DNA of 64,000 nt from Fimbriosthenelais zetlandica (lineage: Eukaryota): positions 10,106,001 to 10,170,000 of the forward strand of contig OZ365115.1 in the NCBI GenBank assembly GCA_977030845.1, read 5' to 3'. A program made the translations under genes and the position numbers. Under the pieces are notes generated by a model. It searched no databases, was not told where the DNA came from, and saw nothing but the letters and a program-made list of their open reading frames with translations. Positions 1 to 9,635 of the stretch are shown in pieces (within the stretch, counting starts at the first letter, position 1; each line of letters starts with the position of its first letter).

Positions 1-2108
1 CGACAGGGTTGACATTAGACTGGAATGCACAAGCACATAGAAATTTTGATTCTGATGAACTCCAGTTAAGAACATTGAACTTCGGTTCTTCCTCTTGCCA
101 AAGAGAAACCTCTTGCACGAGCTCTCCTTCTTCCACATCCCATAAGAGAAGGGTATTTGTAGATCTTGTCAGTGCACCAAGTAATGCTGGATCGCTTGCA
201 ACAACCAAAGCTCTCTGTCTCGCTGGTAAGGCTGCATGTTCCAGCATGTATATGCATGGCCCGCCTGGGGCATTATAGCATTGCTTTCGAGGAAGAACTG
301 CATTGGACAATGGTCCTTCTTTGAAGCATGTATCTAATAGTTTACTAAGGTCTTCTGAGAGATACCCATAAGACAAGAGACTCCCAATGATTTCAATTGC
401 TAGGGTTCGAGGCTCAGCGTTGAGTGTAGCCTTACTCGTTCGTAGTACAGTACTAAGGTAGGTATCAGATTCTGTTTTGTTCCGGAGCAGATCAAAGTCT
501 GATAGAACAGCTTGTACAGATGTGGCTTTGATCTTTTCCATGAGCCACCTATAACTGTACAGGCACTCCTGTCTCAGTATTTCATCTTCACCCATGTGAT
601 GAAGGTGGTAGGGCAATTTGTTCAGTTTGCGAGTATTGTAATAGATAGTCTTCCTGCCTTCTGCATCAAAACTGGTGAAGACCAACGGCTGATGTGCAAC
701 TTTCCTGTCACATTTACTCTCCTGGGATTTCAGATTTAATTTCTTCATTTGGTACTCATTATAGGTAAAAGGCTTTGCTTTGTTGCACCATTTTCCTAGA
801 TAGTACTCTGCCATGTTCTGATGCAGGTACTTCAAGGCGGTCTCACTTTTCAGGAAGAAATCTTGAGCCGCCTCAATAAACTGACGATGATACCAGTAGA
901 TGACCCTGGCTCCATCAGCCTCTCTGTTCACGAGGTAACTGCTGATGTCATTTTTAAGCCTCAGCCAGAGTAGCTGAGGGATTCTCCTTATAGGTGGAAC
1001 ATGGTACTGAAAAACATCAGTTAGAACAACATCATCCAAAGACAACACATCTTCAAGTTCAGTTTCAGAGATGCCTGATCTTGATGCAGAGATGTAGCCT
1101 AGGGCATGGTTAACAAAGGTGGCCCCGAACTTTTTCTGCAGCTTTCTGAATAGTTGGCAGATAACCTCACGTATGGTGGTCTGAATCTGTAGGTCAGAGA
1201 CTTGGGTGTATGAATGCCAAGTGAGGACTTCATCAAAGACCAGCTTCACGTAAAGTGCTAAGCTACATTCTCGGAAAATATCTTGGACTTTACGAGCCTG
1301 TTCATCAGATAACTTTTTGTTGTGTGCTGCTAACCAGGAGTTCAGGATCTGCTGGCTGGTGTCCCCTCCTAATGGAGGGATTTCAATGAAGCTCCCTGAT
1401 GGATGTCTCTTTCTCAAAGTGTCCAGTAAGCAATGCATTTCTGGCAGAGTAGACATGATCAGGTACACATTCTCTGGGAGTCTTCTTGGTAGCCAGTTCA
1501 GTCTGTATGCCCCTTCTTTGGCTGACAACTGATCCAAAGAATCGAGAATAAGACACAGGGGTTTCTCCTTGCTGGCATGGGCCATGAGTTCTATCAATGT
1601 TTGTGAAAGTCCACTGATTTCATCCGTAATCTCAACATCTTGGATGTTGTAACACACGGCAATCTGGCTGCAGATGGAGGTGAGGACTTGGAGTATGTTT
1701 GTACTCATCGCAGTGGTCCCGAGCATTCTTGTTATGATGATAACACTTGATGGATGCCCTGGTAACCAGTGCTGAACTTGCTCCACACATTTAGCTATTA
1801 TTGAAGTTTTCCCACATCCTGAATGACCAAAGACTATGGTAGGATGTGGCAAACCCAGCTTGACAGAGTTCTTGATGTTCTCAAGAACGTCTTCTCTACC
1901 GTGGAAGATGGCACACCTGTCCTTCACCATATGAAGGTGATGAAGGACCTCAATGTGGAGCTTATCTTGGTTCAGGTCCTGGTTGAAGGTGATGCTTCTG
2001 TCAATCATGTCAATGACAGTTCTTTCAAACAAATCGGTGAATTTCTCAATGTAGTCACTAGGAGATCTTGGGCTGTTATCCACAACATCTTTCCACATAA
2101 CCTTGAAT
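1..2108 (-). CDS. NWD2-like: NWD1/NWD2-type NACHT-WD40 protein, coding exon 7 (large NACHT exon plus start of the WD40 region; runs off the window edge)
   Basis: Manual translation is open for 702 codons: Walker A GHSGCGKTS (1802-1828), Walker B LILDSLDQL (1526-1552), and NWD-family motifs SGISETELEDVLSLDD, PPIRRIPQLLWLRL, YWYHRQFIEAA, LNKLPYHL, then WD-like LLLWDVEEG. Acceptor TTTCAG at 2109-2114. It is absent from the ORF track, probably because no stop lies in the window. NWD1 versus NWD2 orthology cannot be resolved here. Confidence 0.93.
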
Positions 2109-2239
2109 CTGAAATCATTTGTATAACCATTAAGGTAGTTTAGCTTTGGTGCAAATAGTATATTTCATAGGAACAAAGGTTCTTTAGCAGATACAAAAGA
2201 GTGAATGAATCAAATGTGAATCACTGAATGTAAACTTGC

Positions 2240-2465
2240 CTATGGAGTGTGGTCACCGCGTTGGCCAGCCTTTGGTCCCTCAGTCGTGTAAGGTGGTCCT
2301 GAGCCTCCTCATCTAGCCCTGACTCCAGCATGTCTATGAATCTGGCGGCTTTCTCGTTTGTCAAGTGGTGCATTATATCCTCTATGATCCGGATGAAGCA
2401 AAGACAGCGTCTGTTTGGATCCCCAGGAGAATTGAATATTCCCTGGTCAATTTCTCTTTCTGTAA
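2240..2465 (-). CDS. NWD2-like: NWD-type gene, coding exon 6
   Basis: (V)TEREIDQGIF...RCLCFIRIIEDI...LANAVTTLH(R). Acceptor TTTACAG. The donor is most likely AG/GCAAGT (GC-AG intron). Phases 1 and 2 fit the neighbouring exons. Confidence 0.85.
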
Positions 2466-2611
2466 CTGTAAATGCCCCAAGAAAGAAATCAGTAAATTTG
2501 CTGAAGCTGCTCTGTTCATCAGTGTAGACCATATATGTACATATAACGTTTGGTGACTAAGCAATTCATTTATGTAGTAATTAATTCATTTGTTAATACG
2601 GTAATAAGTAC

Positions 2612-2753
2612 CTGACTTGAAGTATTTGGATGTCACTTCCTCACTCAACGATCTTCTGTCTGCACAGACTTTTGCTGCCTTCCGTAGAAGCATCTGTAAC
2701 CTCACAAACGCCTCATTCCATTCTTTCCGCGCATCCTTCTTCTTGATCTCATC
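2612..2753 (-). CDS. NWD2-like: NWD-type gene, coding exon 5
   Basis: DEIKKKDARKEWNEAFVRLQMLLRKAAKVCADRRSLSEEVTSKYFKS(V). Acceptor CTAACAG, donor CAG/GTACTT, 142 nt, phase 0 to 1. Confidence 0.88.
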
Positions 2754-2936
2754 CTGTTAGAAAAATAATATAATAATACTATTGTAGATAAAAGCATTTA
2801 TCTATTCTCAACAAATGTGAAAAAGGATAACGATACAGGTTTAATTTGTAAGGTTAAGCCAAAGTCCCATTTGACTACCTGCAGATTTGTCATTAATTTC
2901 ATTTATATTTTTACTTATTGTATAATTTTGGTTGAC

Positions 2937-3140
2937 CTCTGAGAGGAAATGAGGTATTCTGGATGAGATGGGTTGGAGGATGTAGACAGGAGGCAGTGAG
3001 TTCTCATCCAGGAGGAACCACTTCTTCAACATCTCCACGTCTGTTTCCATGGCAACCAGTGTCTCCAGCAGAATATCAAACTCATCTTTCCCTATCTCTG
3101 TGGGGAATGGTTGGGAACCGTGTCTCTGCCCCAAGAACGT
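2937..3140 (-). CDS. NWD2-like: NWD-type gene, coding exon 4
   Basis: TFLGQRHGSQPFPTEI...WFLLDENSLPPVYILQPISSRIPHFLSE, a typical NWD segment. Acceptor ATGCAG. The donor GAG/GTCAAC is weak but gives the required phase 0. Confidence 0.85.
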
Positions 3141-3248
3141 CTGCATAAATAATACAACTACATAATTATTGGCATTCTGAGATTAGAAATATGAACAGAA
3201 TGTTCAGGTTATTTAGCGTACATACATAAAAATATAGAATACTCCTAC

Positions 3249-3365
3249 CACAAAATTGGGACCTGCTGACAGCTTTTGACAGTTCTCAATCTCCTGGAGA
3301 CAGAGTGTAGCCGTCTGGTGGTCATCTGTGACATCATCTGTTACTCCCCATCGCATATCAACTAC
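3249..3365 (-). CDS. NWD2-like: NWD-type gene, coding exon 3
   Basis: VVDMRWGVTDDVTDDHQTATLCLQEIENCQKLSAGPNFV, with the hallmark VDMRWGV / LCLxEI / GPNFV motifs. Acceptor TTGCAG, donor GTG/GTAGGA, 117 nt. Confidence 0.92.
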
Positions 3366-3526
3366 CTGCAACATAATTATATGTTTATAGATTTATTTAA
3401 AAAAGGATTAGGCGTGTTAAATTACTTGGAGCGTTAATGAAGTTCTTACAATTAAAATTGGAAATATCTCATTGAAAGTTTTATTGTAGAAAACATGTTC
3501 CTTATATGAAAAACTGTGTACCATAC

Positions 3527-3615
3527 CTGGAACTCCAAGCCATATTTGCTGCGGCAGTGCTGTTGGATTTTTGGGTAGACTTTCTCAATCAATGAATTCC
3601 GTTCTCTCATAGTAT
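3527..3615 (-). CDS. NWD2-like: NWD-type gene, coding exon 2
   Basis: (D)TMRERNSLIEKVYPKIQQHCRSKYGLEFQ. Acceptor TTATCAG, donor CAG/GTATGG, phase 1 to 0. Confidence 0.92.
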
Positions 3616-3807
3616 CTGATAAGATGATAATATTTTTAATTTACGATAATTTATATTTTCTTTCCTCCAGGCATTACAGGAAGTAAATTGCAGTTATGGA
3701 GCATAATCATCTAATGTATTCCCAGTAGGCCCCTATAATTCATAAAAGTAAGAATCAATTTCTCCTTGATCGATCAGTGAATTTATTTCATTCAATGGGG
3801 TAAATAC

Positions 3808-3925
3808 CTGTGAATGTTGAACTTGTAAAGATGCGAATGATCTGGGAGTTGATTGGAGGCAAATCTCTGATATCTCCTTGAAGGACACGTGATAAACGTA
3901 ACAAGTTCTCCTTTTGATCCGCCAT
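3808..3925 (-). CDS. NWD2-like: NWD-type gene, first coding exon
   Basis: MADQKENLLRLSRVLQGDIRDLPPINSQIIRIFTSSTFT(D), with the family motif IRIFxSSTFTD. An in-frame TAG lies 5 codons upstream of the ATG. Donor CAG/GTATTT. An acceptor at 3949-3950 implies an upstream non-coding exon. Confidence 0.9.
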
Positions 3926-4587
3926 AGTGGAGCTCCACTATTGGCAATCTACATGGAAGAAAATACCATTAATTTTGTAGAACACAATAATTTCCCTAAC
4001 TGAAATTAGTCTTGATGAACTCTGATTTACTGTTTCTGATTCTTTAGTGAAACTATACATTGGCGTTTTTTTAAATCCAAATCTTTTTTACAGACATTGA
4101 ATATCAAGCGTCTAATCAAATGAATTATTATGGTATGTACAGTTATTTTTTTATGTATAAATATTAAGTACTGTTTTATAAATTTAAGTACTGTTATCAC
4201 CTGTTCCAATTTTATGGCGTCCAAACTTAGATTTTCCTATCAATGGATATCTCCAATGTGCACCATTGCCTTTGCCAATCCAAGCCAATGTTGACTGTAT
4301 CGGCCATCATAAGCCTACAGAGTTGGCCAAAATAACTCTCATATGCCCATGGTATAATAATGGATCCAATATTTCGGATCTGACCAATGCACATGATTCA
4401 TGTCAATATAAAATATCTCCATTGTTTCATTATCATTGAGAAGCATCAACTGTCTGCTATCAGGGTTTTATAAACCATAACATGATAATGAACTTCTGAG
4501 CGATAATGTGAGCAGAAATATAGGCAATAGCTTATAGGCCTACTATGCCGGTAGCCTCTATACTCTAGGCTTGCTAGTTGTATACAT

Positions 4588-4601
4588 GTGACTATGGCAA
4601 C
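4588..4601. promoter_or_regulatory. RFX X-box in the putative NWD promoter region
   Basis: GTGACTATGGCAAC matches GTNRCY-AT-RGYAAC and lies ~660 bp upstream of the NWD ATG. Confidence 0.4.
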
Positions 4602-5412
4602 ATCAAACGTTCTCACTAGAGCGCGTCCATGTGCATGGTATTGACTGTGTTCCAAATGGGTTGGCATCGATCCAGGATCTGGAATTGAACAGTTTAATAT
4701 TGGTAGAAATGGCGGGAATTTCTAGCCAATCAGAGAAATTTAGCAAATATTCTACTATATAGTAGAATCTTTATCAATGGGTGAAAATTATATAGAACTA
4801 CCCGCATTTATGAAATCTGTGGCCAAGAAATTTCATGACGCCTGAAATTACATTTAGCATCAACGAAAGTGAACTTATAGCAGTATTTTCTGTCGAATTT
4901 TCAAACGAGATTTTCTGCTATATGTTGGCTGCAATTGAACTGAAATTTAGGGGCAAGCTTTAGATATCGGACTGTATTTATTATGTTCCCAGCATAGAAT
5001 ATCAGCATACATCGCTATACAACAATGTATAATGGCTATAGAAAACCCCGAGAGATGTGCTGTCCTTCTTTGTCCTGTTCCATGACTACCATGGTATTAA
5101 CAAAGCTCTAGAGAGGCCGGCAGACAAATCAGGCGAAGAGTATTATCTTAATCCATGTAGAGGCGAGGGCCTGCGAGCGGGGATTTAGACAGGGCAGAAC
5201 TGCTGCTTTAAAAAGTGAATCACAACTAATCTGGCTGAAAGAAGGCGATGCGGATTAACTACCCCAATAACAAAGCTGCATATTCAAGGTGGCTGAGAGC
5301 TATTCTCGTCCAAATGTAGTCCAATTTTACTACAATACTAAGTTATATTAGAAAGATTTTTTTTTCTCAATTGCTCATCAAAAATAGGCAACCATGGCTA
5401 TAATTACTAAAC

Positions 5413-5418
5413 TTTATT
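5413..5418 (-). terminator. Candidate polyadenylation signal of the 2-TM gene
   Basis: AATAAA on the minus strand ~170 nt downstream of the stop codon at 5589-5591. Confidence 0.35.
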
Positions 5419-5588
5419 TCAACAGCATTGATTCATCCTTATCGATACACGTCATTTCTCCTCTTTGTGTAAGCGTTTTCGGCTTGTTTTCCTATTCAGC
5501 ATCCATTAACTTACAGATAATATCTCTCCAAATGACTATTTATCTGCAAGTTATCAGTTGCCTCCCAACATTAACCATAGAATGATTT

Positions 5589-6191
5589 CTACACAGAAAT
5601 CAATATGGATTCATCTGCTTTTGTCTCAATCCGCGAATGATGATATATATAAGAATCCTTCATACCCTCCCTGTCATGGATTAAGTACCTTGATCTATAA
5701 GGATTATCAAGAGAGATGTCTGTGTGGGCCACATCTCCCTCACCAACACATTCACCCCCTTCAGCCTCTCCATCCTCATCCAAATCATCCTCATCCATGT
5801 CTTCAGTGTCGTAATCCTCATCTGGACCTAGTTCATCATCATCATCTCCATCATCATCTGCCACGTATAGTCCATCAGTCCCTGCCTCCTCCCCATACAT
5901 GTTTTCACTGGTTAAGTTCTGCACCTCACTGCAGTCAGGTCCAGCTGGATCTGAGAGGACACAATTATCACTAAAACGATGACGTCTGATCACCCAAACA
6001 CACCAACAAGTTCCAATGACAAGGAGGGCTGAGCCAGTCGAGGCACAGACAACACCCACCAATCTCCAGTGGAAGTCACCCAGCCCTATACAGAGGAGGA
6101 GAAAGATGAATGCAGCAGTGAAGAAAAGTAGTCCCAGACACATGACGAGGACTTGTAGGCGATAAGGGGATGTCCACATAAAGGCCCCCAT
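5589..6191 (-). CDS. Uncharacterised 200-aa two-transmembrane protein with a D/E-rich tail
   Basis: Uninterrupted ORF. Two hydrophobic segments (~aa 12-37 and 44-68) are followed by RRHR and an acidic tract (DDDGDDDDELGPDEDYDTEDMDEDDLDEDGEAE). Splice acceptor CTTCTCAG at 6206-6207, 14 nt before the ATG. Confidence 0.75.
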   Translation of the reverse strand: MGAFMWTSPYRLQVLVMCLGLLFFTAAFIFLLLCIGLGDFHWRLVGVVCASTGSALLVIGTCWCVWVIRRHRFSDNCVLSDPAGPDCSEVQNLTSENMYGEEAGTDGLYVADDDGDDDDELGPDEDYDTEDMDEDDLDEDGEAEGGECVGEGDVAHTDISLDNPYRSRYLIHDREGMKDSYIYHHSRIETKADESILISV

Positions 6192-7539
6192 TTGAGAAAT
6201 GTCAACTGAGAAGCAACAATAATACTGGCCTTGTAATGCTGCATAGCTTGCAGCTCATTGAAGTTCAATGGGTTACAAATGGACTTTTATAAGTTTATGA
6301 ATTATGCTTATAACAAATATAACGAATCAGTTACATTCTCACCAGTTATATTAGTGACGTACCTCTATATGTGAAAAGATATCCTTGGGATATTTATTCC
6401 CACTTCTAATGTAGCTTTCGTGATTAGTACTTGGTTCCAAGCATTATACGTCTACATTATTATATAATAGCTTTCATATTATTAAGTAACACATTCATCA
6501 ACAGTGAAGCTCATCATCAACCTGTGGCAACATTCTATCGGCTCTTCAATGCTAATGAATTCACCCATATGTGCATTAGTCGAGTAACTCATAGCCTAGC
6601 TCTTACAGTATACAGATGAAAACCAATTTCCTTGCAATTCCAGGGATGAAATCATCCGCCTTCTTCACCATCGGATGAGGTGGCGTGCAATACAATGTAA
6701 GAGAAGTATAATAGAGATATATGTGGATGGGGGAGCAGAGTGGATGCTGATGTACTCCACATTATGCCTCGCTAATATCATCAACTATTGGCCAAGCGTG
6801 CACGTAAACTTTCCAGACAGATCCCTTAATGTGGTTTATATGTCATCTACACGGGGGTTAGGATGACATTGACGTGATAAACACCCCCTTTTTCTTCATC
6901 TCCTCGTCTCAGGAAGGGCTTTCTTTAGGGTGTCCATACACCAGGTGACTAGAAGAAAATTGTGTGAACCTCCAGCAACAACAATTATGTGGTCCAGTAA
7001 CAACATTAAAACGTCGGGATTTTTTTTCATCTGAAAAGACAATGAGAATCAGTAATCACAAAATACAATGGCAAGACCGCAAATTCTTATCATGTTTGCA
7101 TCTATGACAGCATCTTTTCTGTACCTGATATCTAACAATCATTGATGGTGTCATTGAATTGGCAAACACGTTAGAAAATCTGTCTATTACCTCCAATAAC
7201 GCAAATTAAAGTCTATAGTGCTCCAAGGAAACAAATCTATCGGTAAAAAAACAATAGAAAAGCCATAATCCTCTTGTCTAGCTCTCTTTTTGTGAGTTCA
7301 ATAGCCACTCTATAGGGCTCGGGGTTTTTAAAGGGGACATCGACATGCAACTCCCTCCAGCCTTCAGGCTACTTAATCCATTAGTAGATTAATCGATCAG
7401 CCTTCACAAAGAAAACACTTCTTTCACACCTCCAAGCTGCCAGTCTTCTTAACATTCTTGCCTTTAGAATGGTATATTTCATGTAAAGACAAGAGGAAGG
7501 AATAATTGACGCATATAACTTCGAATTGTCCTCTATGGA

Positions 7540-7610
7540 GCATCGGTGGTATAACAGTGAGCATGGCTGTCTTCCAAGCAGTCAATCCGGGTCGATTCCC
7601 GGCCGACAAA
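7540..7610 (+). pseudogene. Degenerate tRNA-Gly(UCC), array copy 1
   Basis: GCATCGGTGGTATAACAGTGAGCATGGCTGTCTTCCAAGCAGTCAATCCGGGT-CGATTCCCGGCCGACAAA. It has about ten differences from consensus, including a lost T-loop T, D-loop GG to AG, and a broken acceptor-stem 3' end. Confidence 0.85.
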
Positions 7611-7698
7611 ATATTTATTTTACCTCCCTTTTTAAAGTCCACACTTTGATATATTTATGAGGCAAATCGCCAAAAAAACAATGTGTGCTATACAGGAA

Positions 7699-7770
7699 GC
7701 GTCGGTGGTGTAACGGTCAGCATGGTTGCCTTCCAAGCAGTCGATCCGGGTTCGATTCCCGGCCGACGCA
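7699..7770 (+). tRNA. tRNA-Gly-TCC: tRNA-Gly(UCC), copy 2, consensus
   Basis: GCGTCGGTGGTGTAACGGTCAGCATGGTTGCCTTCCAAGCAGTCGATCCGGGTTCGATTCCCGGCCGACGCA. Full cloverleaf, anticodon TCC, discriminator A, B box GGTTCGATTCC, TTTT 8 nt downstream. Confidence 0.96.
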
Positions 7771-7859
7771 AACCGTTCTTTTCCATCGTTTTTCATAGTC
7801 CACATTTGGATATTTTTACTAGCGAAATCGGCAAAAAAACAATGTTTGCAATACAAGAA

Positions 7860-7931
7860 GCGTCGGTGGTGTAACGGTCAGCATGGTTGCCTTCCAAGCA
7901 GTCGATCCGGGTTCGATTCCCGGCCGACGCA
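7860..7931 (+). tRNA. tRNA-Gly-TCC: tRNA-Gly(UCC), copy 3, consensus
   Basis: Identical to copy 2. Confidence 0.96.
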
Positions 7932-8020
7932 AACGGTTCTTTTCCATCGCTTTTCAAAGTCCACATTTGGATATTTTTACTAGCGAAATCGGCAAAAAAA
8001 CAATGTTTGCGATACAAGAA

Positions 8021-8092
8021 GCGTCGGTGGTGTAACGGTCAGCATGGTTGCCTTCCAAGCAGTCGATCCGGGTTCGATTCCCGGCCGACGCA
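8021..8092 (+). tRNA. tRNA-Gly-TCC: tRNA-Gly(UCC), copy 4, consensus
   Basis: Identical to copy 2. Confidence 0.96.
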
Positions 8093-8183
8093 AACGGTTC
8101 TTTTCCCTCGCTTTTCAAAGTCCACATTTGGATATATTTATGAGGGAAATTGCCAAAAAAAAACAATGTTTGCTATACAAGAG

Positions 8184-8255
8184 GCGTCGGTGGTGTAACG
8201 GTCAGCATGGTTGCCTTCCAAGCAGTCGATCCGGGTTCGATTCCCGGCCGACGCA
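8184..8255 (+). tRNA. tRNA-Gly-TCC: tRNA-Gly(UCC), copy 5, consensus
   Basis: Identical to copy 2. Confidence 0.96.
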
Positions 8256-8344
8256 AACGGTTCTTTTCCATCGCTTTTCAAAGTCCACATTTGGATATAT
8301 TTATGAGGCAAATCGCCAAAAAAACAATGTTTGCTACACAAGAG

Positions 8345-8416
8345 GCGTCGGTGGTGTAACGGTCAGCATGGTTGCCTTCCAAGCAGTCGATCCGGGTTCG
8401 ATTCCCGGCCGACGCA
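8345..8416 (+). tRNA. tRNA-Gly-TCC: tRNA-Gly(UCC), copy 6, consensus
   Basis: Identical to copy 2. Confidence 0.96.
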
Positions 8417-8504
8417 AACGGTTCTTTTCCATCGCTTTTCAAAGTCCACATTTGGATATATTTATGAGGCAAATCGCCAAAAAAAAACAATGTTTATATA
8501 AGAG

Positions 8505-8576
8505 GCGTCGGTGGTGTAACGGTCAGCATGTTTGCCTTCCAAGCAGTCGATCCGGGTTCGATTCCCGGCCGACGCA
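8505..8576 (+). tRNA. tRNA-Gly-TCC: tRNA-Gly(UCC), copy 7, variant (G27>T, top of the anticodon stem)
   Basis: AGCATGTTTGCC instead of AGCATGGTTGCC; a G-U pair becomes a U-U mismatch. Confidence 0.8.
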
Positions 8577-8666
8577 AACGATTCTTTTCCCTCGCTTTTC
8601 AAAGTCCACATTTGGATATATTTATGAGGGAAATTGCCAAAAAAAACAATGTTATCTATACAAGAG

Positions 8667-8738
8667 GCGTCGGTGGTGTAACGGTCAGCATGGTTGCCTT
8701 CCAAGCAGTCGATCCGGGTTCGATTTCCGGCCGACGCA
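8667..8738 (+). tRNA. tRNA-Gly-TCC: tRNA-Gly(UCC), copy 8, B-box variant
   Basis: GTTCGATTTCC instead of GTTCGATTCCC; the invariant C61 (Sprinzl numbering) is changed to T, so it may be non-functional. Confidence 0.7.
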
Positions 8739-8830
8739 AACCGTTCTTTTCCCTCGCTTTTCAAAGTCCTCATTTGGATACTTTTACCAGCGAAATCGCC
8801 AAAAAAAAAGCAATGTTTGCTATGCAAGAG

Positions 8831-8902
8831 GCGTCGGTGGTGTAACGGTCAGCATGGTTGCCTTCCAAGCAGTCGATCCGGGTTCGATTCCCGGCCGACG
8901 CA
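8831..8902 (+). tRNA. tRNA-Gly-TCC: tRNA-Gly(UCC), copy 9, consensus
   Basis: Identical to copy 2. Confidence 0.96.
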
Positions 8903-8991
8903 AACGGTTCTTTTCCATCGCTTTTCAAAGTCCCCATTTGGATATTTTTACTAGCGAAATCGCCAAAAAAACAATGTTTGCGATACAAGAA

Positions 8992-9063
8992 GCGTCGGTG
9001 GTGTAACGGTCAGCATGGTTGCCTTCCAAGCAGTCTATCCGGGTTCGATTCCCGGCCGACGCA
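8992..9063 (+). tRNA. tRNA-Gly-TCC: tRNA-Gly(UCC), copy 10, variable-loop variant
   Basis: AGTCTATCC instead of AGTCGATCC; all stems are intact. Confidence 0.88.
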
Positions 9064-9153
9064 AACCGTTCTTTTCCCTCGCTTTTCAAAGTCCACATTT
9101 GGATATATTTATGAGGGAAATCGCCAAAAAAAACAATGTTTGCTATACAAGAG

Positions 9154-9225
9154 GCGTCGGTGGTGTAACGGTCAGCATGGTTGCCTTCCAAGCAGTCGAT
9201 CCGGGTTCGATTCCCGGCCGACGCA
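9154..9225 (+). tRNA. tRNA-Gly-TCC: tRNA-Gly(UCC), copy 11, consensus
   Basis: Identical to copy 2. Confidence 0.96.
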
Positions 9226-9313
9226 AACCGTTCTTTTCCCTCGCTTTTCAAAGTCTACATTTGGATACTTTTACTAGCGAAATCGCCAAAAAACAATGTT
9301 TGCTATACAAGAA

Positions 9314-9384
9314 GCGTCGGTGGTGTAACGGTCAGCATGGTTGCCTTCCAAGCAGTCGATCCGGTTCGATTCCCGGCCGACGCA
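9314..9384 (+). tRNA. tRNA-Gly-TCC: tRNA-Gly(UCC), copy 12, 1-nt T-stem deletion (possible pseudogene or sequencing error)
   Basis: CCGGTTCGA instead of CCGGGTTCGA; 71 nt. Confidence 0.65.
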
Positions 9385-9474
9385 AACGGTTCTTTTCCCT
9401 CGCTTTTCAAAGTCCACATTTGGATATTTTTATTAGGGAAATCGCCAAAAAAAACAATGTTTACTATACAAGAG

Positions 9475-9546
9475 GCGTCGGTGGTGTAACGGTCAGCATG
9501 GTTGCCTTCCAAGCAGTCGATCCGGGTTCGATTCCCGGCCGACGCA
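9475..9546 (+). tRNA. tRNA-Gly-TCC: tRNA-Gly(UCC), copy 13, consensus
   Basis: Identical to copy 2. Confidence 0.96.
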
Positions 9547-9635
9547 AAGTGTCTTTTCCTTTGCTTTACAAAGTCCACATTTGGATATTTTTATTAGGGA
9601 AATCGCCAAAAAAAACAATGTTTACTATACAAGAG

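Noticed and set aside
9-3148. Plus-strand and off-frame ORFs over the NWD gene
   Set aside because: They are shadows of the NWD exons, which carry the conserved motifs.
5558-5974. His/Pro-rich 138-aa plus-strand ORF
   Set aside because: It is the antisense shadow of the GAT/GAG-rich acidic tail of the minus-strand 2-TM gene.
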